From a virus (Duplodnaviria; Caudoviricetes): 64,000 bases of DNA. The stretch's first letter is position 1. Each line of letters starts with the position of its first letter. Positions 30,166 to 38,879 of the stretch are shown one piece after another. The notes beneath the pieces were generated by a model. That model saw only the letters and a program-made list of their open reading frames with translations, made no database searches and had not been told where the DNA came from. Location of the stretch: the IMG/VR virus record IMGVR_UViG_3300031760_000005, positions 64,001 through 128,000 of that record; one strand, 5' to 3'. A program made the position numbers and the translations under genes.

Positions 30166-30831
30166 TTAAAATTGTCTCCAAAAATGAAATATTTGTTGGA
30201 GTGTAGCTTTTGAAAAGTGCCCTTCAGTAAAACACGCTGTTGGAATTAAACGTGTTGGTAATACATATGAAGCGCCTCTTAAAACTGGAATATACATTTT
30301 AACGCCAAATCCAATTTTTGCATTTGTTTTTGCTAAATGTTTTACTGCTTGATAAGATATCCATGTATTTGGTTTACCAGTAACTTCATTGAAATTTTTA
30401 TCAAAAAATGGTTTAAAATGCTGATAAACTGCTTCAATAATTCTTGTTCTGGTAAATGGTGGATAATAATGTAAATTAATACCAACTTCGCGAATATTAC
30501 CGTCATCCGTTCTTGTTATTCCACAAAATAATGTTAAAGGAGTAGCGTCATAATATTCAAGTTCTTCTTTAAATTTTGGTTGAGAATAATGAAATAATAC
30601 AATTTGACCAGGAAGAAGATATCTTTTTGTTGGTTTATTCAATTTTAATAATTCTTGATATGCTAATTTAGAACGAATAACAGTTGGACGTTTAGCTAAT
30701 GGATGATTATCAATAGCTTCATTAATGTGAAAATCTTTAATCTCATCTTCACTATATATTTTTCTATCTAAATCTTTTAGATTAAATACATGTCCTAATG
30801 TTGTTTGTTCTGGTTTATAAATTATTGGCAT
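30166..30831 (-). CDS. T4 gp2-like DNA end protector protein
   Basis: PGQIVLFHY.....K..L.YYD..PL...GINLHYYPP pattern typical of the gp2 family. Confidence 0.7.
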   Translation of the reverse strand: MPIIYKPEQTTLGHVFNLKDLDRKIYSEDEIKDFHINEAIDNHPLAKRPTVIRSKLAYQELLKLNKPTKRYLLPGQIVLFHYSQPKFKEELEYYDATPLTLFCGITRTDDGNIREVGINLHYYPPFTRTRIIEAVYQHFKPFFDKNFNEVTGKPNTWISYQAVKHLAKTNAKIGFGVKMYIPVLRGASYVLPTRLIPTACFTEGHFSKATLQQIFHFWRQF

Positions 30832-31142
30832 ACTAAAATCATTAAAATATTTATAAATGTACCTATAACTGAACCAATTATATCAGCTACAATATCTTTA
30901 AATTCAACTTTAGTTTTACGTAATTTTAAATCAATAATATATTCTTTAAATATTCCTATTAAAACTGTTATAACAAATGATATGCCTAAACTTATATAAG
31001 GATTTAATTTAAAACTTAAAAAAATTATAAATAATATATTAGTAATTAATGTTGAACAATATGAATGTAAAAATACATCTTTAGTAGTTGAATCTACAAA
31101 ATTATATATTTTATCAATAATTTTTAATAAAAATTCTTTCAT
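30822..31142 (-). CDS. small multi-TM membrane protein (VanZ/YfiM-like)
   Basis: Three hydrophobic segments with KE..D and DIVADIIG motifs. Confidence 0.6.
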   Translation of the reverse strand: MKEFLLKIIDKIYNFVDSTTKDVFLHSYCSTLITNILFIIFLSFKLNPYISLGISFVITVLIGIFKEYIIDLKLRKTKVEFKDIVADIIGSVIGTFINILMILVCQ

Positions 31143-31616
31143 TTATTTATCATAATATTTTTGAATATAATGAAATACATCTGATATATATTTCCCTTGA
31201 TTTTCTTTTATTGATTCTTTGCCAAACCATTTATATTCAGTATGTTCTTTCGACAATTTTATTTCTGGTTTAGATTCCATTTCTATAATAAAATATTCAG
31301 TATAAGAAACTACTTTATCATCATTACCAGGTCCTAAATGTTCCTGTTTTCCAAAATATTTCATTGAATATTCTTCATTAAATGATAATGTTATTCCAGT
31401 TTCTTCTTTTATTTCTCTAATTAGTGCATCTTTAGTTGTTTTATCTGATTCATTTACTGAACCTCCAACAAACCCCCATTTACCTTTAAATAAATCTACA
31501 TAATTAGATCTTTTAAGTAAAAGAATTTCGTCAGTATCTTTATTGACTAATATTCCATCTACATAATGTTTTATTTCATCTTTACTTTCTTTTATATAGT
31601 CAATTAATTGTTTCAT
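31143..31616 (-). CDS. Nudix hydrolase with capsid-targeting-like N-terminus
   Basis: Nudix box GG.V...D.....A..REIKEETGI and LSKEHTEYKW; starts MKQLIDYIKE|S. Confidence 0.88.
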   Translation of the reverse strand: MKQLIDYIKESKDEIKHYVDGILVNKDTDEILLLKRSNYVDLFKGKWGFVGGSVNESDKTTKDALIREIKEETGITLSFNEEYSMKYFGKQEHLGPGNDDKVVSYTEYFIIEMESKPEIKLSKEHTEYKWFGKESIKENQGKYISDVFHYIQKYYDK

Positions 31617-31632
31617 TATCTATTATATTTAT

Positions 31633-32058
31633 TTAATATCCAATACATAAACTCATGTCATATGTATTAAATGGATCTTCAACTGTACCAGCAGCATGAC
31701 AATTAAGTGTTCCTACCATAAATGGATTTTCAGAACCTTTAACAAATATTTCTACTTTATATTGTTTCCATTGAGACATTCCATCCTTTGATTTACGATA
31801 TCCGCCATCATCTGGAGCTACCGAAACATCATATTCATGCTCAGGATTTTTTATAGTTTTTAAAGCGTCATCAATATCTTGTCTAACTAATTTAACACCA
31901 GCCCAATTATCATCGTGATAATAATGACCTGTGGTTTTAGTTTTATCTAATTGTTTATAGATGGCATTTTGAATTTTTTTCTTTTCTGGAGCTTTAATAG
32001 ATTTATCCAATTCTCCATTAGAATATGATTCAAAAATTTTATCTTTTAATGTTTTCAT
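31633..32058 (-). CDS. putative internal virion protein
   Basis: MKTLKDKIFE|S. Confidence 0.7.
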   Translation of the reverse strand: MKTLKDKIFESYSNGELDKSIKAPEKKKIQNAIYKQLDKTKTTGHYYHDDNWAGVKLVRQDIDDALKTIKNPEHEYDVSVAPDDGGYRKSKDGMSQWKQYKVEIFVKGSENPFMVGTLNCHAAGTVEDPFNTYDMSLCIGY

Positions 32059-32089
32059 TGACGTTATTCAATATTTTTTTATAAATCTT

Positions 32090-33259
32090 TTAATCCATTG
32101 CACCAAATCCATCTACAGGTTTGCCATCATCACCATCTAATCCTTTATCTTGTAATTTGACTTTACCATAAGATGTTCCATTAGCGCCAATAACTTCAAA
32201 TTCACATGTTGTATGCATTCCTGAAAGCCAACTACCGGTATTACGTGATAATTCTTTAATTTCAGGCATTTTATTGTCAGATTCTAAATAAGCTTTTGCA
32301 GCTAATTTATAAAGATTATCAACACCCCAAGATATACTAGAATAACTACCGAATGATTTTTCCAAAACCTTTTGAACATCATCTTTAACTTTTTCAATAG
32401 CTTCTGCTAATTTTTTAGCTTCTTCATCTTTCTTTATTTTTTCTGCAAATATCTTTTCCCATTTCTTATAGTTTTGTTCTGTTGCTTCTAAGTCATCTTC
32501 AACTGTATCTAATATAGAAATAATATCTTTATATAAATCTGATTTTTTAAACGCTTCACGTAATTTCTTTATTTTCTTAGAATCTTTTTCATATTCAGCT
32601 TCAGCCTTTTGCCATACTTTATTAGATTTTTTACGCATGGCTTCTTCATTTCTTGAATGAGATGTTTGATCCCACATTTCTTGATATTTACTATTTACCG
32701 AATCAGTTTTTAAAATGTTAAATCTATCATTAAATTCTGGAATATTAACATTATAAGCTTGGGCAATAACACTTAATGCAAGATAAATAGAAAAAGTAAA
32801 TCCTGTTGATTCATACCAGAATAATGTAACATCTTTATCCCATGAATTTCTTTTTTCTGGTTGACGTGCTTTTGTAAAACTTGCAGCTTGAATATCATCT
32901 GTTTCTAATGCAATTCTTGCTTCTTTTGTTGCCTTTTCTACAAAATCAAAGAAATCTTTATTGCCATTTTCATCTTTTCCATAGAAATTATCAAATGTAC
33001 AATTTTGGGCATTAAGAATAAAATTATTATGACCTTGTTTAGAATTCATTGCTGTTTTAAGTTTATCTACAAGAATTTCAAAATTCTCGGTATTTATTTT
33101 AATTACAGATTCTTCATATTCTTTATATTTATTCTTCATTTCTTCCTTTGTATTTTTAGGCATGCCCGGATAGAAAAATGGTTTACTCATTGATTGTGGT
33201 AAATCTAAATATTTACCATCTTCTTTTGATTCAAATAAAAAATCAATTAAATGTTTCAT
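32090..33259 (-). CDS. putative internal virion protein (coiled-coil rich)
   Basis: MKHLIDFLFE|S; 389 aa. Confidence 0.7.
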   Translation of the reverse strand: MKHLIDFLFESKEDGKYLDLPQSMSKPFFYPGMPKNTKEEMKNKYKEYEESVIKINTENFEILVDKLKTAMNSKQGHNNFILNAQNCTFDNFYGKDENGNKDFFDFVEKATKEARIALETDDIQAASFTKARQPEKRNSWDKDVTLFWYESTGFTFSIYLALSVIAQAYNVNIPEFNDRFNILKTDSVNSKYQEMWDQTSHSRNEEAMRKKSNKVWQKAEAEYEKDSKKIKKLREAFKKSDLYKDIISILDTVEDDLEATEQNYKKWEKIFAEKIKKDEEAKKLAEAIEKVKDDVQKVLEKSFGSYSSISWGVDNLYKLAAKAYLESDNKMPEIKELSRNTGSWLSGMHTTCEFEVIGANGTSYGKVKLQDKGLDGDDGKPVDGFGAMD

Positions 33260-33265
33260 TATTTA

Positions 33266-33892
33266 TTATTCAATATTTTTATATCTTTGTTCGACATCAC
33301 CATTTGCTCTAATACGAATACGTTCCTGAACGGATGTATGATTCATTCTTTCTCCTCTAAAAATTGTTTTAATTATTATATCAACCTTTGTACCATTTTC
33401 TTTTATCATCCAAACTGCCCATAAATTCATGGTTCTTGGTCTAGCGCCGCAATATTCAACTTCGCCATTTTTATCTTTGTTATTATTTAACCAGCATTGA
33501 CATTCTATTGTCCATGCATCTACTTTACGTTGTTTATATTCAAATGGCTTAAACTTGCCATCATAGTTCATTTCCATTATGTCATCCCAAGACCATCGGA
33601 ACATATTAACAATTTCGTATTGACCAATTCGCTTACCACCATCACCACCTTTTTCTACTGGTCGATCTTGACGTTGCGTAGCATGATCTCCCATTCTTAA
33701 TTCATCACCATCATTAGATGTCCAAACGACGCGATTTCCACTTTTAGTATGATGCCAATCATTACCTTCTAATATAAATTGTTGGAATTCATCATCAAGT
33801 AATTCTAAAGATGATTCATCCAATTGAAAAATAATTCGACCAAGTTTATTCTCGAAATTATTTCTATTTAAAAATTCGGTAATGTTTTTCAT
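33266..33892 (-). CDS. putative internal virion protein, possible DUF4258/BECR-like RNase domain
   Basis: MKNITEFLN..., FILE|G near residue 40; HA..R..R...I...EI...IIIKTI pattern. Confidence 0.5.
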   Translation of the reverse strand: MKNITEFLNRNNFENKLGRIIFQLDESSLELLDDEFQQFILEGNDWHHTKSGNRVVWTSNDGDELRMGDHATQRQDRPVEKGGDGGKRIGQYEIVNMFRWSWDDIMEMNYDGKFKPFEYKQRKVDAWTIECQCWLNNNKDKNGEVEYCGARPRTMNLWAVWMIKENGTKVDIIIKTIFRGERMNHTSVQERIRIRANGDVEQRYKNIE

Positions 33893-33895
33893 TGT

Positions 33896-34285
33896 TTACC
33901 AACCACATTTTTCGGAATTAGCATAATCCCACTCAATCATGTAATCTTCCTCTTCTTTAGTTAATGTTTCTTGATCACTAACACGGGCTATTAAACTACC
34001 AGTAACAAATTTAGCTAAACGTTTTCTTCCTTCTTTTGATAATTTATTTGTTGCTTTAGTTACTTTAAGAATAGCTTGGCATAATTTAGCTACAACTGAA
34101 GATGATTCAAGTTTTGCAATGTCAAATATACCCTTTTGGTGTTTCTTTATTAAATTTTGAACTAATGGCCAATATTGTTGTTTATATATTGTCTCATTAT
34201 TATCCATCTCCATACATGCATCAAAAATTATCTTATTATCAGCATCTTGAGATGATTCTGTTAAATATGTTTTTATATCTTTCAT
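33896..34285 (-). CDS. putative internal virion protein
   Basis: MKDIKTYLTE|S. Confidence 0.7.
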   Translation of the reverse strand: MKDIKTYLTESSQDADNKIIFDACMEMDNNETIYKQQYWPLVQNLIKKHQKGIFDIAKLESSSVVAKLCQAILKVTKATNKLSKEGRKRLAKFVTGSLIARVSDQETLTKEEEDYMIEWDYANSEKCGW

Positions 34286-34290
34286 AATAA

Positions 34291-34569
34291 TTAAAATATA
34301 CTTGGTATTTTTGATAAAATAGAATTTGAAAAATCAAGATGCCATTTATCGATTTTATCTTTCTTATGAGCTTCACAGTATTTTGATATTTCATCAAATT
34401 CAACATTCATTATTTCAACGCCATCTTTATCGATTTCAGTTACATCTGATTGATCTTTGCCATTACCTTTCCAAATTAGAATTTCACGAACTCTATTTTC
34501 GGTATAATCCCAAAGACACCATTTACCTTTTGGAGTTGATTCATTTATAATATTAGTTAATGTTTTCAT
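34291..34569 (-). CDS. putative internal virion protein
   Basis: MKTLTNIINE|S. Confidence 0.7.
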   Translation of the reverse strand: MKTLTNIINESTPKGKWCLWDYTENRVREILIWKGNGKDQSDVTEIDKDGVEIMNVEFDEISKYCEAHKKDKIDKWHLDFSNSILSKIPSIF

Positions 34570-34586
34570 ATTTAATTTAGATATTT

Positions 34587-35090
34587 TTAATCTTCTAACT
34601 CAACAACTAATTTCTTTGTTAGATTTTCTTTTTGTTTATTTAATTCATTTATATTTTCCATTAATTTAGATATTTCATCATCAATTTCACGAATTTGATC
34701 AGCATATTTTGATTTAATAGCACCAATTACAGCATTTTTTGAAATACCGGCAAAATACCATGTACCATCTCCATGAATTCGTTTAATAGAAAATTCTTTA
34801 TTTTTTTCATTCGGTTGATCAAATATCAAAAAATGGCTAATTTTATATGGATTTGATTCTAAATCAACACATGTTGTATTAATTTTTCCTTTGGCAAATG
34901 AATCTTCTATACCTCTATTTTCAACAGATTTAATTTTTATTTGTGAACATTTATGTTTAGAATTTTCTTTACTAATTCTATCCATAACTTTATCTGTATC
35001 ATGTACAACATATAATATCGTACCTTTATCGATATTTGTATATATGTTTGGCAAATTTCCTTCTTTAATTAAATGACTTAAATTTTTCAT
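34587..35090 (-). CDS. putative internal virion protein with C-terminal coiled coil
   Basis: MKNLSHLIKE|G. Confidence 0.7.
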   Translation of the reverse strand: MKNLSHLIKEGNLPNIYTNIDKGTILYVVHDTDKVMDRISKENSKHKCSQIKIKSVENRGIEDSFAKGKINTTCVDLESNPYKISHFLIFDQPNEKNKEFSIKRIHGDGTWYFAGISKNAVIGAIKSKYADQIREIDDEISKLMENINELNKQKENLTKKLVVELED

Positions 35091-35099
35091 AAATAATAT

Positions 35100-35399
35100 T
35101 TATACTTGTATTTCATTGAAATTTTTAATTTTAAATTTTCCAGATACAGTATCTTCAGCATATAAAGTTACTTCATATTTTGTATCTATATAGTCTCCAA
35201 CAAATACTAATTTATCATCAGATGATTCTTCTTCATCAAAATCAAAACCTAATTTGTACATTACATCTTTAATATCGTCAATTTTGGTCATTTTAAATCC
35301 ATGTTTAATGCTACCAAACTCTCTAAGTGCAAGTCCAATTTCTTCATGAAGATCTTCATCTTGAGTTGATTCTAATATAAATTGTTTAATGTCTTTCAT
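35100..35399 (-). CDS. acidic putative internal virion protein
   Basis: MKDIKQFILE|S. Confidence 0.7.
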   Translation of the reverse strand: MKDIKQFILESTQDEDLHEEIGLALREFGSIKHGFKMTKIDDIKDVMYKLGFDFDEEESSDDKLVFVGDYIDTKYEVTLYAEDTVSGKFKIKNFNEIQV

Positions 35400-35428
35400 A
35401 ATCTTTATTTATATAATTATTTATTGTT

Positions 35429-35857
35429 TTATCTTTTACAATCAAAGAAATAATGAGTATCTGTTTCTGATAAATAAATAAACATTATTTTTTGATAATC
35501 ATCCAATGCACAAACTATTTCAGAAGTATCATCTAATTTATTTTCGGATTTAAGTTTATCAATTATCTTTAAAGCTTTTTTAGGAATTTTTCTATCACCA
35601 TCTTGTATTTTATCTAAAATATTTGTTACTTCGATTACTTTACAATTGTTATTTATCCAGTTTGCCATTTGCGTTGCATCCCACATATGATCTTTATCCA
35701 CTGTGTTTTTGCAATCTCCAAAGTATTTATAATTTCTATAAGATGGTACTCCATCATACATTTCTGGGTTTTCTAATGATGAATCTATAGGAATATTATT
35801 TAAATCAAGTTTTTCAATTAAAAATGATTCAAACATATAATCAATTAAATTTTTCAT
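35429..35857 (-). CDS. putative internal virion protein
   Basis: MKNLIDYMFE|SFLIE|K. Confidence 0.7.
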   Translation of the reverse strand: MKNLIDYMFESFLIEKLDLNNIPIDSSLENPEMYDGVPSYRNYKYFGDCKNTVDKDHMWDATQMANWINNNCKVIEVTNILDKIQDGDRKIPKKALKIIDKLKSENKLDDTSEIVCALDDYQKIMFIYLSETDTHYFFDCKR

Positions 35858-35895
35858 ATTTAATCTTCATATTTTTCCATTTTTTCTAAAGAAGA

Positions 35896-36705
35896 TTATC
35901 TTTTAACAACTAATTTTTCTGCTTGCATTATTTCACGTACTTTTTCTGCGTTAAATACAAATGTTACTAAGAATGTATATAAATCATCAATATTATCAAT
36001 AGAAACATCTAATACTTGTGACCATTTTATATCTGATCTTGACTCAAGTTTACCAAGTAATTTAGCAATTTCTTCTAATGAAGATTTTATTGAATTTTCT
36101 TTACCATTAGTTCCAGTATGTTTAACTGTATAAACTTGTACTTCACCATTAAGTTTTGTTTGGATAGTTGGACAATATAAATCAAATTCAGAAACAATTT
36201 CAGTTACTGCTTTATAAATTTTTTTATTTTGACAAGTTGCTACATCATAAAGTGATTTAACACTTTCTGAATTAGCTTCACTATTTGGCATATCTCCATT
36301 TTCACGATGAATTACTTCACCACACAAATCATAATTTTTATAACCAAAATAAAGTGGAGTAGTATGTGTTTTTTTAACATCTGGTACAAAATTAAATCTA
36401 TCAAATTGATTATGAATATCATAAAGAGTCATTACTTTTGGTGTGGTATCTAATTCACGAGTAACTTCTTCTTCTGAATTAAATCTACCAAATGAATTAC
36501 ATTGTATTTTTACAGGTTCCTCACAAGTAGGACAATCACAACAAGAATTACCACAATCTGGATCTGGAAGGCAATTACAACAACATTCGTTAATTACTTG
36601 TCCTTCTAAATTAGCAATTTTTTCTTTAAGTTCTTCAGAAATTCCATTTAATGAAACTTTTTTAACACTTAAGTTATCTATATATTTAGATAATAATTTT
36701 ATCAT
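35896..36705 (-). CDS. hypothetical protein with Cys-rich segment
   Basis: VINE|CCCNCLPDPDCGNSCCDCPTC. Confidence 0.75.
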   Translation of the reverse strand: MIKLLSKYIDNLSVKKVSLNGISEELKEKIANLEGQVINECCCNCLPDPDCGNSCCDCPTCEEPVKIQCNSFGRFNSEEEVTRELDTTPKVMTLYDIHNQFDRFNFVPDVKKTHTTPLYFGYKNYDLCGEVIHRENGDMPNSEANSESVKSLYDVATCQNKKIYKAVTEIVSEFDLYCPTIQTKLNGEVQVYTVKHTGTNGKENSIKSSLEEIAKLLGKLESRSDIKWSQVLDVSIDNIDDLYTFLVTFVFNAEKVREIMQAEKLVVKR

Positions 36706-36747
36706 AACTTTATATATATTTTTTTAATAATAATTTAATATAGATAA

Positions 36748-37212
36748 TTATTGGAAAAACTTTTCAGTAACGATAATAAATTTAGCATTATGTTTATGTG
36801 CAAATTCATTTGCTGCTTTCCATTTATCTGTATTAACTATCCATGCTTCTTTTAACCATCTAGAATCTTGCTCTACAGGTTTTATTGTTTGATTATATGG
36901 TTTTATTTCTACTATAATTTTAGTTCCATCATAAGTTTCAATAACATAATCTGGATAATAATTTTGCTCCGATTGAGTTAATCTATTATAATATTTAATA
37001 GATATTGGTTCGCTTGCCCAACGTTTAATTTTTGGATTATTTTCACAAAACATAATAAATTGATATTCTAAACCTGAACGATAAATAATGGGTTCATTTT
37101 TACATGATCTAAATATTTTTTTACACATTGATTCATTTATATAACCCTGATGATATTTACTATTTTTTTGTGGTTTTAGATTTTTTATATTGTTATTAAA
37201 TTTCTTAGGCAT
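36748..37212 (-). CDS. T4 gp4-like head completion nuclease (TnsA-like PD-(D/E)xK)
   Basis: IIYRSGLE...FCE.NP.I..WASE...YYPDY...VEIKP...N..KW.AA..FA......F.I.TE. Confidence 0.88.
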   Translation of the reverse strand: MPKKFNNNIKNLKPQKNSKYHQGYINESMCKKIFRSCKNEPIIYRSGLEYQFIMFCENNPKIKRWASEPISIKYYNRLTQSEQNYYPDYVIETYDGTKIIVEIKPYNQTIKPVEQDSRWLKEAWIVNTDKWKAANEFAHKHNAKFIIVTEKFFQ

Positions 37213-37240
37213 TTGAATATTATTAATTATTTATCTATAT
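37213..37240 (+). promoter_or_regulatory. putative class-I promoter TTGAA-N17-CTATAT
   Basis: Recurrent motif upstream of the structured leader and glucosaminidase. Confidence 0.5.
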
Positions 37241-37269
37241 ATTAAAATAATTATTTATTTTTAAATAAA

Positions 37270-37416
37270 TGGTATAGTGATACCAAAATTAGCAACTAGA
37301 TTTTCAAGAGTCAAATAAGTGACCTTTGCTAACAGAATGTTATGTGAAGTTTTGGCTAAGTCGAGTTTATTATATGTGACAGATATAATAAATAAGGCGA
37401 CAAACTAAAAACATAA
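37270..37416 (+). ncRNA. candidate structured RNA / 5' leader of lysis cluster
   Basis: Three predicted stem domains (see findings); more G/C than other intergenic DNA; no family recognised. Confidence 0.45.
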
Positions 37417-37427
37417 ACTTAATAAAT

Positions 37428-38051
37428 ATGGAACAAACTAAACTTAAGAGATTTACGAGAATCTTATTTATAATCCTATTATCAATATGTACATTGGGTG
37501 GATTGTGTTATGCATATAATTATGATGCGGAAGAAACTCCTACCACACCTATTATTAAAGTAACTGAACCAGCAGTTATCGATACAATTTCTACTCAAGA
37601 TAGTATTAGAGATGCTTTAATTTGCGAAGTACGAGATTATCTTAAAAAACAGTCGCCAAATTCGCATAAATTCATTCCAAAGTACATTGTATATGCAGGA
37701 TTAACACATGATATTGATATATGCTTTATGATGGCGCAAACACAAATTGAAACAAATTATGGAACAATGGGCGCCGGAAGAGAATGTAGTAGACGTTCAT
37801 TATTTGGAGTAGCAATACGCCGATATGGAGATTATGAAACAGCTATTAATGATTATTGTATACTGTTAAAAAAATCATATATTGGTAAAGGTCGTACAGA
37901 GAAACATTTAATGACAAAATATGTAACTCATGGTGGTGCACGATATGCAAGCAATCCAAATTATGAAAAAGATTTACAAATAGCGTATAATAATATCAAG
38001 AAAGAAACTAACATTTATAATTTACAAAATGAATGGCGAGAATCTTTCTAA
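37428..38051 (+). CDS. membrane-anchored glucosaminidase (GH73/lysozyme-like) cell wall hydrolase
   Basis: N-terminal TM; AQTQIETNYG (catalytic Glu context), SLFGV, YASNPNY. Confidence 0.75.
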   Translation: MEQTKLKRFTRILFIILLSICTLGGLCYAYNYDAEETPTTPIIKVTEPAVIDTISTQDSIRDALICEVRDYLKKQSPNSHKFIPKYIVYAGLTHDIDICFMMAQTQIETNYGTMGAGRECSRRSLFGVAIRRYGDYETAINDYCILLKKSYIGKGRTEKHLMTKYVTHGGARYASNPNYEKDLQIAYNNIKKETNIYNLQNEWRESF

Positions 38052-38075
38052 AAAATATATGTTTAACTATTAAAA

Positions 38076-38789
38076 ATGAATCTATGGAGTAAAATCATTA
38101 ATTATATTTCATCTATCACAAAAAGAGATGTTATATATACTTTAATCATAATTATATTAATTGGATTATTGAGTTTTTCTGTAAATAAATGTTCAAACGT
38201 ACAATCTGAATATAAAAATAACATAGAAGCCTTGAATGATACAATACGTTATTATCAAGACAAAAATGGAAATTTAGTTGCTACAAAACTTGCGTTTGAA
38301 TCAGATATTAAAACATTAAAATTACTTAATGAAGATTTATATAATAAAATTAAAGATTTAAAAGCCAAAGGTAATGTAACGCATACAACATATTTTGAAG
38401 GTATAATTGAAAATCCTGAACAAGATACTGCGTATGTTGTTATGCATGATACAATAAATAAAGGTTTTAGAAAAGATTTTGCTTTTAATAATGAATATAG
38501 AAGATTAGAAGGAAATGTATCTTATCAAAATGATACTGTTGGAGTACATATTGATAAAGATGAAGTTGAATTTGATTATACTGTAGCAATGGATGAAAAG
38601 AACAATATTTATATTACATCTACTAATCCATATGTTAAGTATAATCAAATAACTGGATTTCAAATTCCTAAACCTAAAAAGAAACATTGGTTTGCTGGTC
38701 CTTCTATAAGTGGTGGATATGATCCAATAAATAATAGAGGAACATTTAACATTGGTGTATCTGTTGGTTATGGATTATTTCAATGGTAA
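38076..38789 (+). CDS. putative spanin-like lysis protein
   Basis: N-terminal TM, coiled coil, C-terminal basic patch plus amphipathic beta-hairpin ending GVSVGYGLFQW; lies between two peptidoglycan hydrolases. Confidence 0.55.
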   Translation: MNLWSKIINYISSITKRDVIYTLIIIILIGLLSFSVNKCSNVQSEYKNNIEALNDTIRYYQDKNGNLVATKLAFESDIKTLKLLNEDLYNKIKDLKAKGNVTHTTYFEGIIENPEQDTAYVVMHDTINKGFRKDFAFNNEYRRLEGNVSYQNDTVGVHIDKDEVEFDYTVAMDEKNNIYITSTNPYVKYNQITGFQIPKPKKKHWFAGPSISGGYDPINNRGTFNIGVSVGYGLFQW

Positions 38790-38844
38790 TTTAATTAAAA
38801 AATTAAATATATTGAATGTAATGATTATAATATCCTTACATTTT

Positions 38845-38859
38845 TTATTTTTAATTAAA
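38845..38859 (+). promoter_or_regulatory. putative class-II promoter TTATTTTTAATTAAA
   Basis: Recurrent motif upstream of the endolysin, fused to a terminator-like hairpin. Confidence 0.55.
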
Positions 38860-38879
38860 TTATTTGTGTAAATATATAT

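Noticed and set aside
36748-37212. TnsA-like transposase / Tn7 element
   Set aside because: Motifs and context (gp2-like gene, head cargo genes) fit T4 gp4 head-completion nuclease. There is no TnsB/TnsC or terminal repeat.
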